Under the pieces are notes generated by a model. The model searched no databases, was not told the DNA's origin, and saw only the letters and a list, made by a program, of their open reading frames with translations. From positions 35,951 to 99,950 of the forward strand of contig CAZMIZ010000004.1 in the NCBI GenBank assembly GCA_964566925.1: a stretch of DNA of 64,000 nt, written 5' to 3'. The DNA comes from an uncultured Gammaproteobacteria bacterium. Lineage in GTDB: Bacteria; Patescibacteriota; Microgenomatia; PFEM01; DATLAM01. This document shows positions 40,793-50,791 of this stretch, one piece after another; within the stretch, counting starts at the first letter, position 1; every line of letters starts with the position of its first letter. The position numbers were made by a program, and so were the translations under genes.

Positions 40793-41490
40793 AACTTTCT
40801 TCTTAGCTTCATCAATTCAATCAGGCCGCTCAAGCCTACTTTCAAACTGGCTCCAGTTGCCCTGCCTGATTCCCGAGGATAATGATGAACTCCAATCTCT
40901 ACTATTTTAAAACCGGCTTTCTTAGCTTTAATTAAAAGCTCGCTAGAAATAAAAGGGCCCCTCTCTGATTCCAATCGGGGAATTCGATTAATCACCTCTC
41001 TGCTGATCAATTTAAAACCACAATCAATATCTCTTACTTTTAAACCAAATATCAAAGAAACAATCAACTCCCAAACTTTTGATGCCCAAATCCGATATTG
41101 AGGCACTGCTCTTTTTAAATAGTAACCAATTACTAAGTCGGCCTTTGTTTTCTTTTTGGTTTCCAGAAAGTTAGTAATTTCAGAAAAATCAAACTGGCCA
41201 TCAGCATCAATAAGAACAGTTAGGTCGTAAGAAGAATGATAAAGGCCGGATTTAACCGCCGCTCCATAACCCCGATTGGGAGTATGGGCAATCATTCGAA
41301 TCCGCTTCTCTTCGGCGATGAGTCTTTCCACTATCTCGCCAGTTTTGTCGGTTGAGCCATCATTAACCACAATAATCTCCCATTTCTGGGCCACATCAGG
41401 AAGGATTCTGGTTGCCCGGGTGACGGTTTTCTTAATATTGGCTTCTTCATTGTAGGCAGGAAAGAAAACCGAAAGTTCAGCAACCTTCAT
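40789..41490 (-). CDS. GT2 dolichyl/polyprenyl-phosphate mannose (or hexose) synthase, Dpm1-like
   Basis: LSVFFPAYNEEANI...IIVVNDGSTDKT...VLIDADGQFD. Confidence 0.8.
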   Translation of the reverse strand: MKVAELSVFFPAYNEEANIKKTVTRATRILPDVAQKWEIIVVNDGSTDKTGEIVERLIAEEKRIRMIAHTPNRGYGAAVKSGLYHSSYDLTVLIDADGQFDFSEITNFLETKKKTKADLVIGYYLKRAVPQYRIWASKVWELIVSLIFGLKVRDIDCGFKLISREVINRIPRLESERGPFISSELLIKAKKAGFKIVEIGVHHYPRESGRATGASLKVGLSGLIELMKLRRKL

Positions 41491-41529
41491 GGCAGTTAAA
41501 GTATAACATACAGATAAGAATGAGCGGGA

Positions 41530-42735
41530 TTAGCTGATCTTTTTCTGGAGCCAACCGAAGAGTTTGGATTTTCTGGTTTTCCAAATAAAGGTGGTATAAG
41601 CAAAATAGTTCCAAATCAGGCCAAAACCAATTCCCATAATAAAGAAGAAGCGATAACCTTCATCTCCCCAGTATGGTTTTAAAACACCCGAAAAAAGACC
41701 ATCCATTAAGCCACCGAAAAACAAAGTACCTAATTCAATCGTTACTCCCTGAATAATAATCGCCCCGACCGAAGTTAAATTAAATTGGAAAAATTTAACT
41801 GGAACCTTTCTTAATGAGGTAATCCTTTTGGCCGCAAAAGTCCAGAAATTATTAAGAGTAAAGTTCGAGATAATCGCCATTTCCGCTCCCAACATCCCGG
41901 AAACCGAAGGCCGGAATCCTAAACGAACAAAAAGCTCCAGACCAATCGTGTTAACAATAAAACCAATAAAACCCACAATCGCGAATTTGATAAACTGAGC
42001 CGAGCGCTCAATTCTAATCTTGGTAGCATTAATCACCGTTTCAATAACGTCTTTGATAAACTGAAGATTAAAGCCAACTTTGGTTTCGCCTGCCCGACGC
42101 TCGCCATAGATAGCCGGAATCTCACAAAATTTGGCTCCGGTTTTAGACAGCTCATAAATCATTGTCGGCTGGATAACAAAACCTTTAACATTTAGCCGGC
42201 TAAAATTGACTTTTTCTAAAACCCCTTTAACCCGAATGGCTTTAAAGTTGCCGGCTAAATCTTTAACCTCTCTAATGCCGGCCCAATAGTGGTTAATCAA
42301 AGTGTTGGAAACAAAGTGAGTTAATTTTCGAAACCAGTCAAAATTATCCTCGCCGCCAGGAACATGGCGTGAAGGCACGACCACATCATAACCTTCTTCA
42401 ATTTTTTTGAGCATCTGGGGAATATATTTGGGGTGCCATTGAAAATCAGCATCATTAGGAATTACTACCTCGGCTTTTAATTTCTTGACTGCATATTGAT
42501 AGCCCTTAATCAAAGAGATGCCCAACCCCCGAGGGGTGAGAAGAAGAAAAAGGTTCTTTCTGGTTTTGGCCATCTTTTTAACCAAATCACCTGTCCCGTC
42601 AGGCGAATGACTATCCACCACTAAATTGATAAATTCATGCTGGGGTAATTTCTTGGCCAACTTCTCTAGATATACAACCATTGGCCTAATGTTTTCTTTC
42701 TCGTTGTAGGTAGAAAGAAGATGGACGATCCGCAT
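41530..42735 (-). CDS. GT2 (Dpm1/Ppm1-like) fused to a C-terminal GtrA-like 4-TM domain
   Basis: N-terminus HLLSTYNEKENI...VVDSHSPDGT...IPNDADFQ. C-terminus FIKFAIVGFIGFIVNTIGLELF...AIISNFTLNNFWTFA is the GtrA signature. Confidence 0.75.
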   Translation of the reverse strand: MRIVHLLSTYNEKENIRPMVVYLEKLAKKLPQHEFINLVVDSHSPDGTGDLVKKMAKTRKNLFLLLTPRGLGISLIKGYQYAVKKLKAEVVIPNDADFQWHPKYIPQMLKKIEEGYDVVVPSRHVPGGEDNFDWFRKLTHFVSNTLINHYWAGIREVKDLAGNFKAIRVKGVLEKVNFSRLNVKGFVIQPTMIYELSKTGAKFCEIPAIYGERRAGETKVGFNLQFIKDVIETVINATKIRIERSAQFIKFAIVGFIGFIVNTIGLELFVRLGFRPSVSGMLGAEMAIISNFTLNNFWTFAAKRITSLRKVPVKFFQFNLTSVGAIIIQGVTIELGTLFFGGLMDGLFSGVLKPYWGDEGYRFFFIMGIGFGLIWNYFAYTTFIWKTRKSKLFGWLQKKIS

Positions 42736-42737
42736 TT

Positions 42738-43691
42738 TTAGACCCTTTCTCGCCAGTAGTCCAGCAAGTCTCTTAAGGTTTTTTCAAAAGGAATTCTTGG
42801 TTGCCAACCTGTCCTTTTTCTAAATTGAGAGTAGTTGCCCTCTAAAATAGGAACATCCGAAGGCCTCATCCGGGCCGGATCCTTTTTTACCTCAATTCTG
42901 GTTTTAGCCATACCGAGGAGCAAATTTAAAACTTCTTTAATGGTAATCGCTTTCCCGGAACAAAGATTGTAAACCTCACCCGGCTCCCCTTTCTGAACTG
43001 CCAATAAGTAGCCCCGGACAATGTCGCGAACGTCAGTAAAATCCCGCTTAGCCTCAAGGTTGCCGACCATCAGCACCGGCTTTTTCTTGCCTTTTTCGAT
43101 CTGGGCAATCTGCTTAGCAAAATTGGAACAGACAAAGGATTCTCCTCTTCTTGGCCCGGTGTGATTAAAAGCCCGGGTACGAATAATTTTCATTTGGTAG
43201 CTTTGAAAATATTGGTAGCCCAACATGTCCATCGCCACTTTGGAAACCGCGTAAGGCGAAAGTGGCCGAAGAGGGTTGGCTTCTTTAACCGGGATTTCAC
43301 TGGGTTTAATTAAGCCATACTCTTCCGAAGAACAGGCAATTTGAATTCTTGGTTTAATCTCTAGTTTTCTGACGGCTTCAAAAAGATGGACCGAACCGAT
43401 GAGGTTAATCTCCAAAGTATTGGCGGGGCTCGCCCAAGAAGTGGGGACAAAAGATTGGGCAGCCAGATGGAAAATAAAATCAGGCTTAACGGTGTGAATC
43501 ACCTCATAAACACTATGGGAATCTAAGATATCAGCGTCGAAAAGTTTTATTTTCTGGCTTAGATGGTCAATGTTTTCGGTTTTACTCCGAGGCCGGGCAG
43601 TACCGAAAACCTGATAACCATTCTTGAGCAGAAGTTCGCTTAGGTGGCTACCGGCAAAACCGGTGATGCCCGTAATTAAAACTTTTTTCAT
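42738..43691 (-). CDS. NAD(P)-dependent sugar epimerase/dehydratase (SDR; GDP-/UDP-sugar 4-reductase/epimerase-like)
   Basis: MKKVLITGITGFAGSHLSELLL is a Rossmann GxxGxxG motif. It also has the YAVSK catalytic motif. Confidence 0.7.
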   Translation of the reverse strand: MKKVLITGITGFAGSHLSELLLKNGYQVFGTARPRSKTENIDHLSQKIKLFDADILDSHSVYEVIHTVKPDFIFHLAAQSFVPTSWASPANTLEINLIGSVHLFEAVRKLEIKPRIQIACSSEEYGLIKPSEIPVKEANPLRPLSPYAVSKVAMDMLGYQYFQSYQMKIIRTRAFNHTGPRRGESFVCSNFAKQIAQIEKGKKKPVLMVGNLEAKRDFTDVRDIVRGYLLAVQKGEPGEVYNLCSGKAITIKEVLNLLLGMAKTRIEVKKDPARMRPSDVPILEGNYSQFRKRTGWQPRIPFEKTLRDLLDYWRERV

Positions 43692-44971
43692 CGACCAACT
43701 CCTTCGTAGATAAAGCCAAGTTTTTCTAACTTTTTTCGATTATAAACGTTTCTGCCATCAACTACAAGTGAAGTTTTCATTAATTTCTTGACTTTTTGGA
43801 AATCCAGTTCCTGATACTCCTTCCACTCTGTTACTAAAAGGAGTGCATTTGCTCCTTTCAGCGCTTGATAAGGGTCAGAAAAAAATCTCACCCCTTTTAA
43901 AATCTTTTTCGCTTCCGGAATGGCCGCCGGATCACAAGCCCGAACCTGAGCTCCTCTTTTCTTTAAGCCTTTAACTACGTAAATTGAGCGGGCGGCGCGC
44001 ATATCCGAAGTCTCCGGCTTAAAAGCAAGGCCTAAGACAGCCACTTTTTTACCTTTAATGGTTCCGCCACAAAGTCGAACGGCTTTTCCAAGAAAATAAT
44101 CAATTTGGGCCTGATTAGCTGCCTGAACCGCTTTTAAAATTTGAAAATCATATTTTTCTCTAGCGGCCAACCTAATCAGGGCTTCAACGTCTTTAGGGAA
44201 ACAAGCCCCACCATAACCAAGTCCGGCTCTAAGAAAATCAGGACCCACTCTTTTATCCATTCCTAAACCTGCCATCACCTTATTAACATCCGCCCCAAAA
44301 CGATCGCAAAGAACTGCAATGGCGTTAGCAAATGAGATCTTAGTAGGCAAAAAGGCATTGGCCGCATATTTAATCATTTGGGCGCTGGCCGGATCGCAAA
44401 TCAATCTTTTTCCTGGAAGCTTCTGGTGTAACTTGAGCAATTCCTTGGCCACCGAATTCTTGTTAGTACCAATAATCACCCGATAAGGATTTAAGGTGTC
44501 TTCGATTGCCCTACCTTCAGCCAAAAATTCTGGCACTGAAGCAAGCTCAAAATTCGATCGCGTATGTTTTTTTATCCATTTTTCAAGCTCTTGGTTAATA
44601 CCTGGAGGAACGGTACTTTTAAGAACAATAATCGCTGGCTTCTTAAGGTTCTCGGCAATCGATTTCGTTGCCGAATAAACAAAATTTAAATCGATTTCGC
44701 CGTTTTTATTAGGAGTGCCCACACAAACAAAAATTACCTCCGCTCCAGGGATAGCTTCTCGATAATGACTGGTAAATTTAAGCCGGTTCGCTTTAAGATT
44801 CTTGGTAATTAACTTTTCCAACCCAGGCTCGTAAAAAGGGACTTTTCCTTGAGAAAGTTTTTTTATCTTTTGACGATCAATCTCCACTACCCAAACTTGA
44901 TGGCCAAGATCAGCAAAAACCCCAGCGGTGACTAAACCAACAAAACCAGCGCCAATGACCGCTAAATTCAT
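43688..44971 (-). CDS. ugd: UDP-glucose/GDP-mannose dehydrogenase family (UDP-glucose 6-dehydrogenase-like)
   Basis: MNLAVIGAGFVGLVTAGVFADLGHQV and GGACFPKDVEAL are the catalytic Cys motif. Confidence 0.85.
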   Translation of the reverse strand: MNLAVIGAGFVGLVTAGVFADLGHQVWVVEIDRQKIKKLSQGKVPFYEPGLEKLITKNLKANRLKFTSHYREAIPGAEVIFVCVGTPNKNGEIDLNFVYSATKSIAENLKKPAIIVLKSTVPPGINQELEKWIKKHTRSNFELASVPEFLAEGRAIEDTLNPYRVIIGTNKNSVAKELLKLHQKLPGKRLICDPASAQMIKYAANAFLPTKISFANAIAVLCDRFGADVNKVMAGLGMDKRVGPDFLRAGLGYGGACFPKDVEALIRLAAREKYDFQILKAVQAANQAQIDYFLGKAVRLCGGTIKGKKVAVLGLAFKPETSDMRAARSIYVVKGLKKRGAQVRACDPAAIPEAKKILKGVRFFSDPYQALKGANALLLVTEWKEYQELDFQKVKKLMKTSLVVDGRNVYNRKKLEKLGFIYEGVGR

Positions 44972-45378
44972 TCAGCTTTTTTTAAATATTCTATTAACTC
45001 TTTAATATCATAAGCGATGTAATCAAAAAAACCAGCTAGCCATTCCGAAACCTTTCCTTCCTCTCCAACCCTAGTTTCTTCAACCTTTAACCCGTAAATC
45101 TTTTTACCTAATCCTTTAGCGTAACCTGCTTCTAAATACGCGCCCCGGGTGTCAGACAAAATAGCAATTAAAAATTCGCAGTCCCTAATCATTCTCAACT
45201 CTTTCTCCAATGTCAGTTTTTCTGATTTTTTTTGGTTTTCTTGGGGCAAGAAAACATCGAGGCCATTTTCGATTAATTTTTGAGCAATCTTCTTATTCCT
45301 TAATAATTTTTTTCGGGAAAAGGAGTATCCGTCTAGTCTTTTGGTAGAGGCCATCGGGCTTGCTAGGTAAATAGCCAT
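44968..45378 (-). CDS. Nucleoside 2-deoxyribosyltransferase-like (PF05014-like) small protein
   Basis: 136 aa. VFLPQENQ and GAYLEAGYAKGLGKKIYGL resemble the NDT catalytic-Glu region. ATGA overlap with ugd. Confidence 0.4.
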   Translation of the reverse strand: MAIYLASPMASTKRLDGYSFSRKKLLRNKKIAQKLIENGLDVFLPQENQKKSEKLTLEKELRMIRDCEFLIAILSDTRGAYLEAGYAKGLGKKIYGLKVEETRVGEEGKVSEWLAGFFDYIAYDIKELIEYLKKAE

Positions 45379-45485
45379 AGTTTATTTTTTAAGTCTCTAT
45401 AGAGATCCTTCTCTTATACTATATTAATGAAAAAATCACAAAAAAGCCAATAGATTAATGATCGTAAAAATGATAAACTAGGCTC

Positions 45486-46160
45486 ATGAGAATTGATATT
45501 CTAACTCTTTTCCCAAAAATGTTCAACGGCCCGTTTGCGGAGTCCATTATTAAAATAGCCCAAGAAAAAGGCCTGGTCGCCATCAGAATCCATAACTTAC
45601 GGAAATGGGCTAAAGATAAACGCCGAACCATTGACGAGCGGCCTTTTGGTGGGGGGATAGGCATGGTTTTAATGATTGAACCCATTGATCAAGCCTTAAA
45701 GGAACTTCGCCGAAAAAATTCAAAGGTAATCTTGCTCACTCCCCAAGGTAAACCCTTCAATCAAAAAACAGCCCAGAAATTAGCTAAATTAAAACATCTG
45801 ATTTTGATCTGCGGCCATTATGAGGGTGTTGATGAGCGGGTTCGCGAACACCTAGTTGACGAAGAAATCTCAATTGGCGATTACGTTTTAACCGGCGGTG
45901 AGCTGCCGGCAATGGTGGTGGCCGATACAATTAGTCGTCTTATCCCTGGAGTCCTAGAAAAACCCGAAGCAACCAAGAACGAAAGCTTTCAAACCCCAAC
46001 CCTTGAATACCCCCAATACACCCGGCCCGCGAACTTTAAAGGCTGGCAAGTGCCGAAGATTTTGCTTTCTGGCGATCATCAAAAAATTAAAGAATGGCGA
46101 AAAGAGAAGGCGCTAAAACGAACCAAGCAACGCCGTCCCGACCTCCTTAAAAACTTTTAG
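45486..46160 (+). CDS. trmD: tRNA (guanine37-N1)-methyltransferase
   Basis: [17 protein letters not shown]...[16 protein letters not shown]...[12 protein letters not shown]...[14 protein letters not shown]. Confidence 0.95.
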   Translation: MRIDILTLFPKMFNGPFAESIIKIAQEKGLVAIRIHNLRKWAKDKRRTIDERPFGGGIGMVLMIEPIDQALKELRRKNSKVILLTPQGKPFNQKTAQKLAKLKHLILICGHYEGVDERVREHLVDEEISIGDYVLTGGELPAMVVADTISRLIPGVLEKPEATKNESFQTPTLEYPQYTRPANFKGWQVPKILLSGDHQKIKEWRKEKALKRTKQRRPDLLKNF

Positions 46161-47038
46161 CCGCTTGGTTGTTCTTTGATTAATTGAAGTGCTTCCTTAA
46201 CGGTTTTCATCTTAATCCCCAGCTCTTTTTGAACCTTTTGATTAGAAAGACCCATATTAAATCCCCGCGGACGGGAGGTGGTTTTTAGAAACTCTACCAG
46301 GCTCCCCTTCTCTATCTTTTTTTTATCAAAACCAAAAACTTCCGCTATTTCACCAGCTAATTCATAAGGGCTAAGGACGGTAGAACCCACCAGATGGTAA
46401 ATCCCCGTTGGCCTTTTCTGGAGAAAAACATCTAAAGCATCCACTAGATCATCAATAAAAGTCGGGGTAATTTTCTGATCAGCAAACATCGGAGGCAAAG
46501 AATCTTCTTCGAATCTTTCAATAATCTTCCTGACCAGATCTTTTTTAGATTTAAATTCGGCTCGAAACGGGAAAGCGATCCTGGTAATAGCAAACTTCGC
46601 TCCAGAATCCCCGACCGCTTTTTCAGCCCATAATTTTGTCTGGCCATACCACTCAATTGGTTTAGGCTTATCCTCTTCGGTATAAGGTGATTCTTTCTTA
46701 CCATCGAAAACGTAATCAGTGGAAATATGGATTAAATACTTTCCGGATTGAGCACAGAGCTGAGCCATATTCTTGGTGCCGATAACGTTAACTTGATAAC
46801 AAGGCCCCTTCTTATCGCCCTGCTGCTCCCAGGCCCGATCAACGTCGGTAAAAGCCGCCAAATGAATAACTGCTTCGGCTTCACTTTCTTTAATCTTTTT
46901 TTCAATTTGATCAACTTGGGTGAGATCAACACCTGTTTCTAGGCTTAAATCCAAAAAGTCATATTTATCGGCCAGAAGCTCAACGATCCGGGAGCCCACT
47001 AAGCCAGAAAGGCCGGTGCCAATGATTTTCAACTTCAT
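46157..47038 (-). CDS. rfbD: dTDP-4-dehydrorhamnose reductase
   Basis: [38 protein letters not shown], 293 aa. Confidence 0.85.
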   Translation of the reverse strand: MKLKIIGTGLSGLVGSRIVELLADKYDFLDLSLETGVDLTQVDQIEKKIKESEAEAVIHLAAFTDVDRAWEQQGDKKGPCYQVNVIGTKNMAQLCAQSGKYLIHISTDYVFDGKKESPYTEEDKPKPIEWYGQTKLWAEKAVGDSGAKFAITRIAFPFRAEFKSKKDLVRKIIERFEEDSLPPMFADQKITPTFIDDLVDALDVFLQKRPTGIYHLVGSTVLSPYELAGEIAEVFGFDKKKIEKGSLVEFLKTTSRPRGFNMGLSNQKVQKELGIKMKTVKEALQLIKEQPSG

Positions 47039-47589
47039 GAAGCTTTTTTTACTTTATCCCAACTGAAAGTTTTTCCGTTAAGAGAAGAGACGGGAATTTT
47101 ATCAAAGGCAATTCTTCCTTCCTCTTTGGGATTATATTCTAGACTAGGGTGATTGACTAACTCGGCGTCACCTGGGCCGGGCGCCATGATCCCATGATAA
47201 ACCCCCGGGGGGATAATAATAGTAAAAACTTTTTGTTCCTTTTTTTCTCTTACACCCTGATCCGCTCCTTTAACCTCAACCACTTCTAATCTCCCCTCAG
47301 TTGGAGAATCCTTCCTCGTGTCCAAAAGGAGAATCCACATCACTCCCCGAACGACTGTCATTCGGTCAAATTGTTCCTGATGAAAGTGATATTGATCCGA
47401 ATCCTTAGCTTGACCTTCTCGGACAAGAGAGGTATAAGCATAGGCACCTTTGGCCCCTTCTTTAGACTGAGCAAAAGTCTCCACTAGATAGCCACGCTCG
47501 TCATAAAAAATTGTTCGTTCGATCGCCCTCACCTCTTTAATTTTTATTTCGGTTGGCGAACTTAACTGGATAAATTTATTTTCTTCCAT
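47035..47589 (-). CDS. rfbC: dTDP-4-dehydrorhamnose 3,5-epimerase-like cupin
   Basis: FYDERGYLVETF, 184 aa. Sits between rfbB and rfbD with overlaps. Confidence 0.7.
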   Translation of the reverse strand: MEENKFIQLSSPTEIKIKEVRAIERTIFYDERGYLVETFAQSKEGAKGAYAYTSLVREGQAKDSDQYHFHQEQFDRMTVVRGVMWILLLDTRKDSPTEGRLEVVEVKGADQGVREKKEQKVFTIIIPPGVYHGIMAPGPGDAELVNHPSLEYNPKEEGRIAFDKIPVSSLNGKTFSWDKVKKAS

Positions 47590-48589
47590 ACTGCCTCTGA
47601 TAATACTGCTGATATTCTCCGCTTTTAATTTTTTTCCACCAAGCTTTATTCTCCTGGTACCACTTAATTGTCCTCACCAGATAATCATTAAAATGACGTT
47701 GGGGTTGATAGCCTAATTCTTTTTGGGCTTTAGACCAATCAATGGCGTAACGACGATCGTGACCGGGCCGGTCTTTAACGAATTTTATCATTGTTTCCTT
47801 TTTCCCTAAAATCTTAATAATTTTTTTAATCACCGCCAGATTGGTGATGTCTTTAGTCAACCCACCAAGACAATAGGTTTCCCCAGGCTTGCCTTTTGCT
47901 AAAACCAGATCTATTCCCCGACAGTGATCTTTAACATAGAGCCAATCCCGAACATAAAGACCGTCACCGTAAATTGGCACCTTTTTCCCTTCTAAAAGAT
48001 TGGTCACCGCCAAAGGAATTAATTTTTCCGGAAATTGATAGGGACCATAGTTATTAGCCGTGTTGGTAATCGTAATCGGTAAACCATAGGTGGTGAAATA
48101 GGCCCTGACCAAATGATCGGAGGCGGCTTTACTAGCCGAATAGGGGTTCCGGGGATTGTAGGAAGTCGTTTCTGAAAATTTTTCTTTTGAGTTAAGTTGC
48201 AAGCTACCAAAAACCTCATCGGTGGAAACGTGGTGAAACCTTTTAACCTTTCTTTTAAGGGCTTTATCTAAAAGGACTTGAGTCCCAACGACATTGGTCA
48301 TAATAAAATCGGCCGGATTGAGAATCGACCGATCAACATGGGTTTCGGCAGCGAAATGAACAATCACCTCAACTCCTGCCAGCGCCTGATCAACAGCTTT
48401 AGGATGACAAATATCGCCCTTGATAAAAGAATAATTAGGCTTACTCTCAACCTCTTTGAGACTGGCGAGATTGCCCGCGTAGGTCAGTTTGTCAAAATTA
48501 ACCAATTGGTCTTTAGGGTGATGTTTCAACCAATAATGAATGAAATTTGAGCCAATAAAACCAGCCCCGCCAGTGACTAATAGTTTCAT
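47576..48589 (-). CDS. rfbB: dTDP-glucose 4,6-dehydratase
   Basis: MKLLVTGGAGFIGSNFIHYWL...HVSTDEVFGSL...YSASKAASDHLVRAY. Confidence 0.9.
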   Translation of the reverse strand: MKLLVTGGAGFIGSNFIHYWLKHHPKDQLVNFDKLTYAGNLASLKEVESKPNYSFIKGDICHPKAVDQALAGVEVIVHFAAETHVDRSILNPADFIMTNVVGTQVLLDKALKRKVKRFHHVSTDEVFGSLQLNSKEKFSETTSYNPRNPYSASKAASDHLVRAYFTTYGLPITITNTANNYGPYQFPEKLIPLAVTNLLEGKKVPIYGDGLYVRDWLYVKDHCRGIDLVLAKGKPGETYCLGGLTKDITNLAVIKKIIKILGKKETMIKFVKDRPGHDRRYAIDWSKAQKELGYQPQRHFNDYLVRTIKWYQENKAWWKKIKSGEYQQYYQRQYGRK

Positions 48590-48591
48590 TT

Positions 48592-49905
48592 TTAAAAGAC
48601 TCCTAACAGGGTCACTACCTTGCGACCCTGGCGACCATTGGGAGCGAATTTTAAACTCCCATTTTTTAAGTATCTATATTTTAAGTAAAAGAGGTTACCA
48701 AAAACAACTATTTTCTTATTATCACGATAAACCATCTTCGCTGAGCCACCGGGATCAGTGGCCACCACTTTAATTGCCTGAGGATACATTTCAAAAGCAA
48801 AGTCAGCCAATTCTTGAGGGGTCACCCCAGGATAAATATTACCCGCTTGAGGGATGCCATCCACGGTGATGGCCACCAGTCGGCCATCTTTTAGGAGCGC
48901 CAAAGCGGCTCGGGCCAATTTGATTCCTTCTCGATGAGGCCGGTTACAAAGAGACGCGTCGTTTTCGTGGCCCTCAACGATGGACTGTTGAATCCGTTTT
49001 TTCTTATTTCGGAAAAGTTGAGGTCCAATACTGACGGCATCTAAAATTCCCTCTTGATCCAACCAGCGGATGTCAATCGCTGACAAAAGATCGCCTTTTT
49101 TGACTCCTTCTAAAAGCTTTTCTTTGCCGGAGAGAACCATCAACCCTTGGGTCACCGCTGTCCCTCCGCCTTTCCTAATTTCGACTACTCTCAATTTGCC
49201 TCTCCGGTGGTCAATGATCAGATCAGTCACCCCCTGCTTCGGGGTTAAAACTTTTTTGGCCAATCTTCCTGCTCCCATGATTCTATCCATATAAGGAATA
49301 ATCCGGCTCGCTGAGGCAGTGTAAACAATTATCTCGTCTGGCGCCAAGCAAGATCTGGCTAGCATTTTCGCCCCTCGCCACTTAAATTTTTGGTTGCCAA
49401 TTTTCAAAGTTCCCTTGGCTTCCACAAAAGGCAGTTTAATTCGGCCGTCTTGGTAAATCGCCGCCGCTGTCCGATTAACCACTGGCAGCTGATAAAGTTT
49501 TTTCTGATGAATAAAAAGATTGTTAACTTTAATCTTGGGGGCCGGGATTTCGTCTTCTTTAGAGTTGGTGGTGAAATAAAAATAGCCCAGGGTGGCTAAA
49601 CCTAAGATTTTAGGGGTCTTTTCAAAAACCTTAACCGGAAACTCTCCTTTATTTTTAAAAATAATCCTCAATTTTCTTTTTTGAGGATCTATTTCCAAAC
49701 AACGATAATTAGTAAAACCTTGCTTAAAGTCGAGGTGGCCCTTTTTTAGGATTAGGCCGGGGGCTAACGCTTGCTGGCTTTTTTTATCCCTTACCTGATT
49801 GAGGGCAAAGAGCCGATGTGATTGCTCCCAAGAAGTAATCCTTTTAGGGGCGTCAAAAGTGCCTAGAGGAAAAAGATGTTTATATTTTGAAACCAAATAA
49901 GTCAT
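48592..49905 (-). CDS. Phosphodiester glycosidase-family (DUF2233/NAGPA-like) protein
   Basis: C-terminus DGRLVAITVDGIPQAGNIYPGVTPQELADFAFEMYPQAIKVVATDPGGSAKMV matches the DGR...G.T..ELA.....A.NLDGGGS..M pattern. Confidence 0.5.
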   Translation of the reverse strand: MTYLVSKYKHLFPLGTFDAPKRITSWEQSHRLFALNQVRDKKSQQALAPGLILKKGHLDFKQGFTNYRCLEIDPQKRKLRIIFKNKGEFPVKVFEKTPKILGLATLGYFYFTTNSKEDEIPAPKIKVNNLFIHQKKLYQLPVVNRTAAAIYQDGRIKLPFVEAKGTLKIGNQKFKWRGAKMLARSCLAPDEIIVYTASASRIIPYMDRIMGAGRLAKKVLTPKQGVTDLIIDHRRGKLRVVEIRKGGGTAVTQGLMVLSGKEKLLEGVKKGDLLSAIDIRWLDQEGILDAVSIGPQLFRNKKKRIQQSIVEGHENDASLCNRPHREGIKLARAALALLKDGRLVAITVDGIPQAGNIYPGVTPQELADFAFEMYPQAIKVVATDPGGSAKMVYRDNKKIVVFGNLFYLKYRYLKNGSLKFAPNGRQGRKVVTLLGVF

Positions 49906-49909
49906 TTAT

Positions 49910-50791
49910 TTACCAACTCCCGCTGGCACCGCCACCTCCAGAAGAACCGCCACCAAAACCACCAAAACCACCGCCACCACCACCGCCTGAGGAGAAACCG
50001 CCCCAGCTGGAGAAAAATCCGGTTGATTTACCTTTCTTTTTAAGCTTTTTGTAATTCTTAGAAAGGATGTAGTCTAAGATTAGACCCAGTAAGACCAAAC
50101 CCAGCGCTGAAAAAACAATCGCCAGGAGACTACCGATAATCAGTCCGATTATTGTCCCTAGAATTCCCCCAATTACCCCGCCAGCCCAATAACTTTTGCT
50201 TCTCGCTAAAAAGGCTGAAGAATAAATAAAAACCAAAAAGGTGATAATTAAAAAGAAGACCAATGGCGGTAAGTTCTCGGCTGCCTCATCGGTTTCAGGT
50301 GCTGGTTCACCAGAACGAATGTATCCTTGGATTTTTTCAATGGCTGATCTAACTCCCTGATCATAATCTTCCTCGCGGAAGGCATCCCTCATCTGTTCAC
50401 GAATAATCCTTCCCGCCCGGCCGTCAGTAATAATTGGCTCCAAACCATAGCCCACTTCAATTCGAATTTGACGCTCTTCTTTGGCGATTAAAAGCAAAAG
50501 GCCGTTATCTTTTTCCTTCTTGCCGATTTTCCAATCCTCAAAAAGCCGGACTGCATAATCTTCAAGTGAATTGCCCTCTAAAGAGTTAATCGTCACCACC
50601 GCAATTTCGACCGTGGTTTCTTTCTCAAACTCAGCTAAATCCGTCTCCAGAGACTGGCGAAAGGTCGGCGAAAGGATTTCTGCAAAATCATTAACATAAC
50701 CAACTGGCTGAGGAAAATCAATCGCCAAAACAGAAGAAACAATTAGGAAAAATCCTAAGATAAATAAAGCTAAACCTTTCAAAATTTTCAT
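49910..50791 (-). CDS. TPM-domain (YgcG-like) membrane protein with Gly-rich C-terminal tail
   Basis: VNDFAEILSPTFRQSLETDLAEFEKETTVEIAVVTINSL...NGLLLLIAKEERQIRIEVGYGLE. The tail is GGFSSGGGGGGGFGGFGGGSSGGGGASGSW. Confidence 0.85.
   Translation of the reverse strand: MKILKGLALFILGFFLIVSSVLAIDFPQPVGYVNDFAEILSPTFRQSLETDLAEFEKETTVEIAVVTINSLEGNSLEDYAVRLFEDWKIGKKEKDNGLLLLIAKEERQIRIEVGYGLEPIITDGRAGRIIREQMRDAFREEDYDQGVRSAIEKIQGYIRSGEPAPETDEAAENLPPLVFFLIITFLVFIYSSAFLARSKSYWAGGVIGGILGTIIGLIIGSLLAIVFSALGLVLLGLILDYILSKNYKKLKKKGKSTGFFSSWGGFSSGGGGGGGFGGFGGGSSGGGGASGSW

Noticed and set aside
45394-45405. 12-bp palindrome TCTCTATAGAGA in the trmD upstream region
   Set aside because: It is short and AT-rich and could arise by chance. 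It is noted only as a possible operator, and I did not make it a finding.
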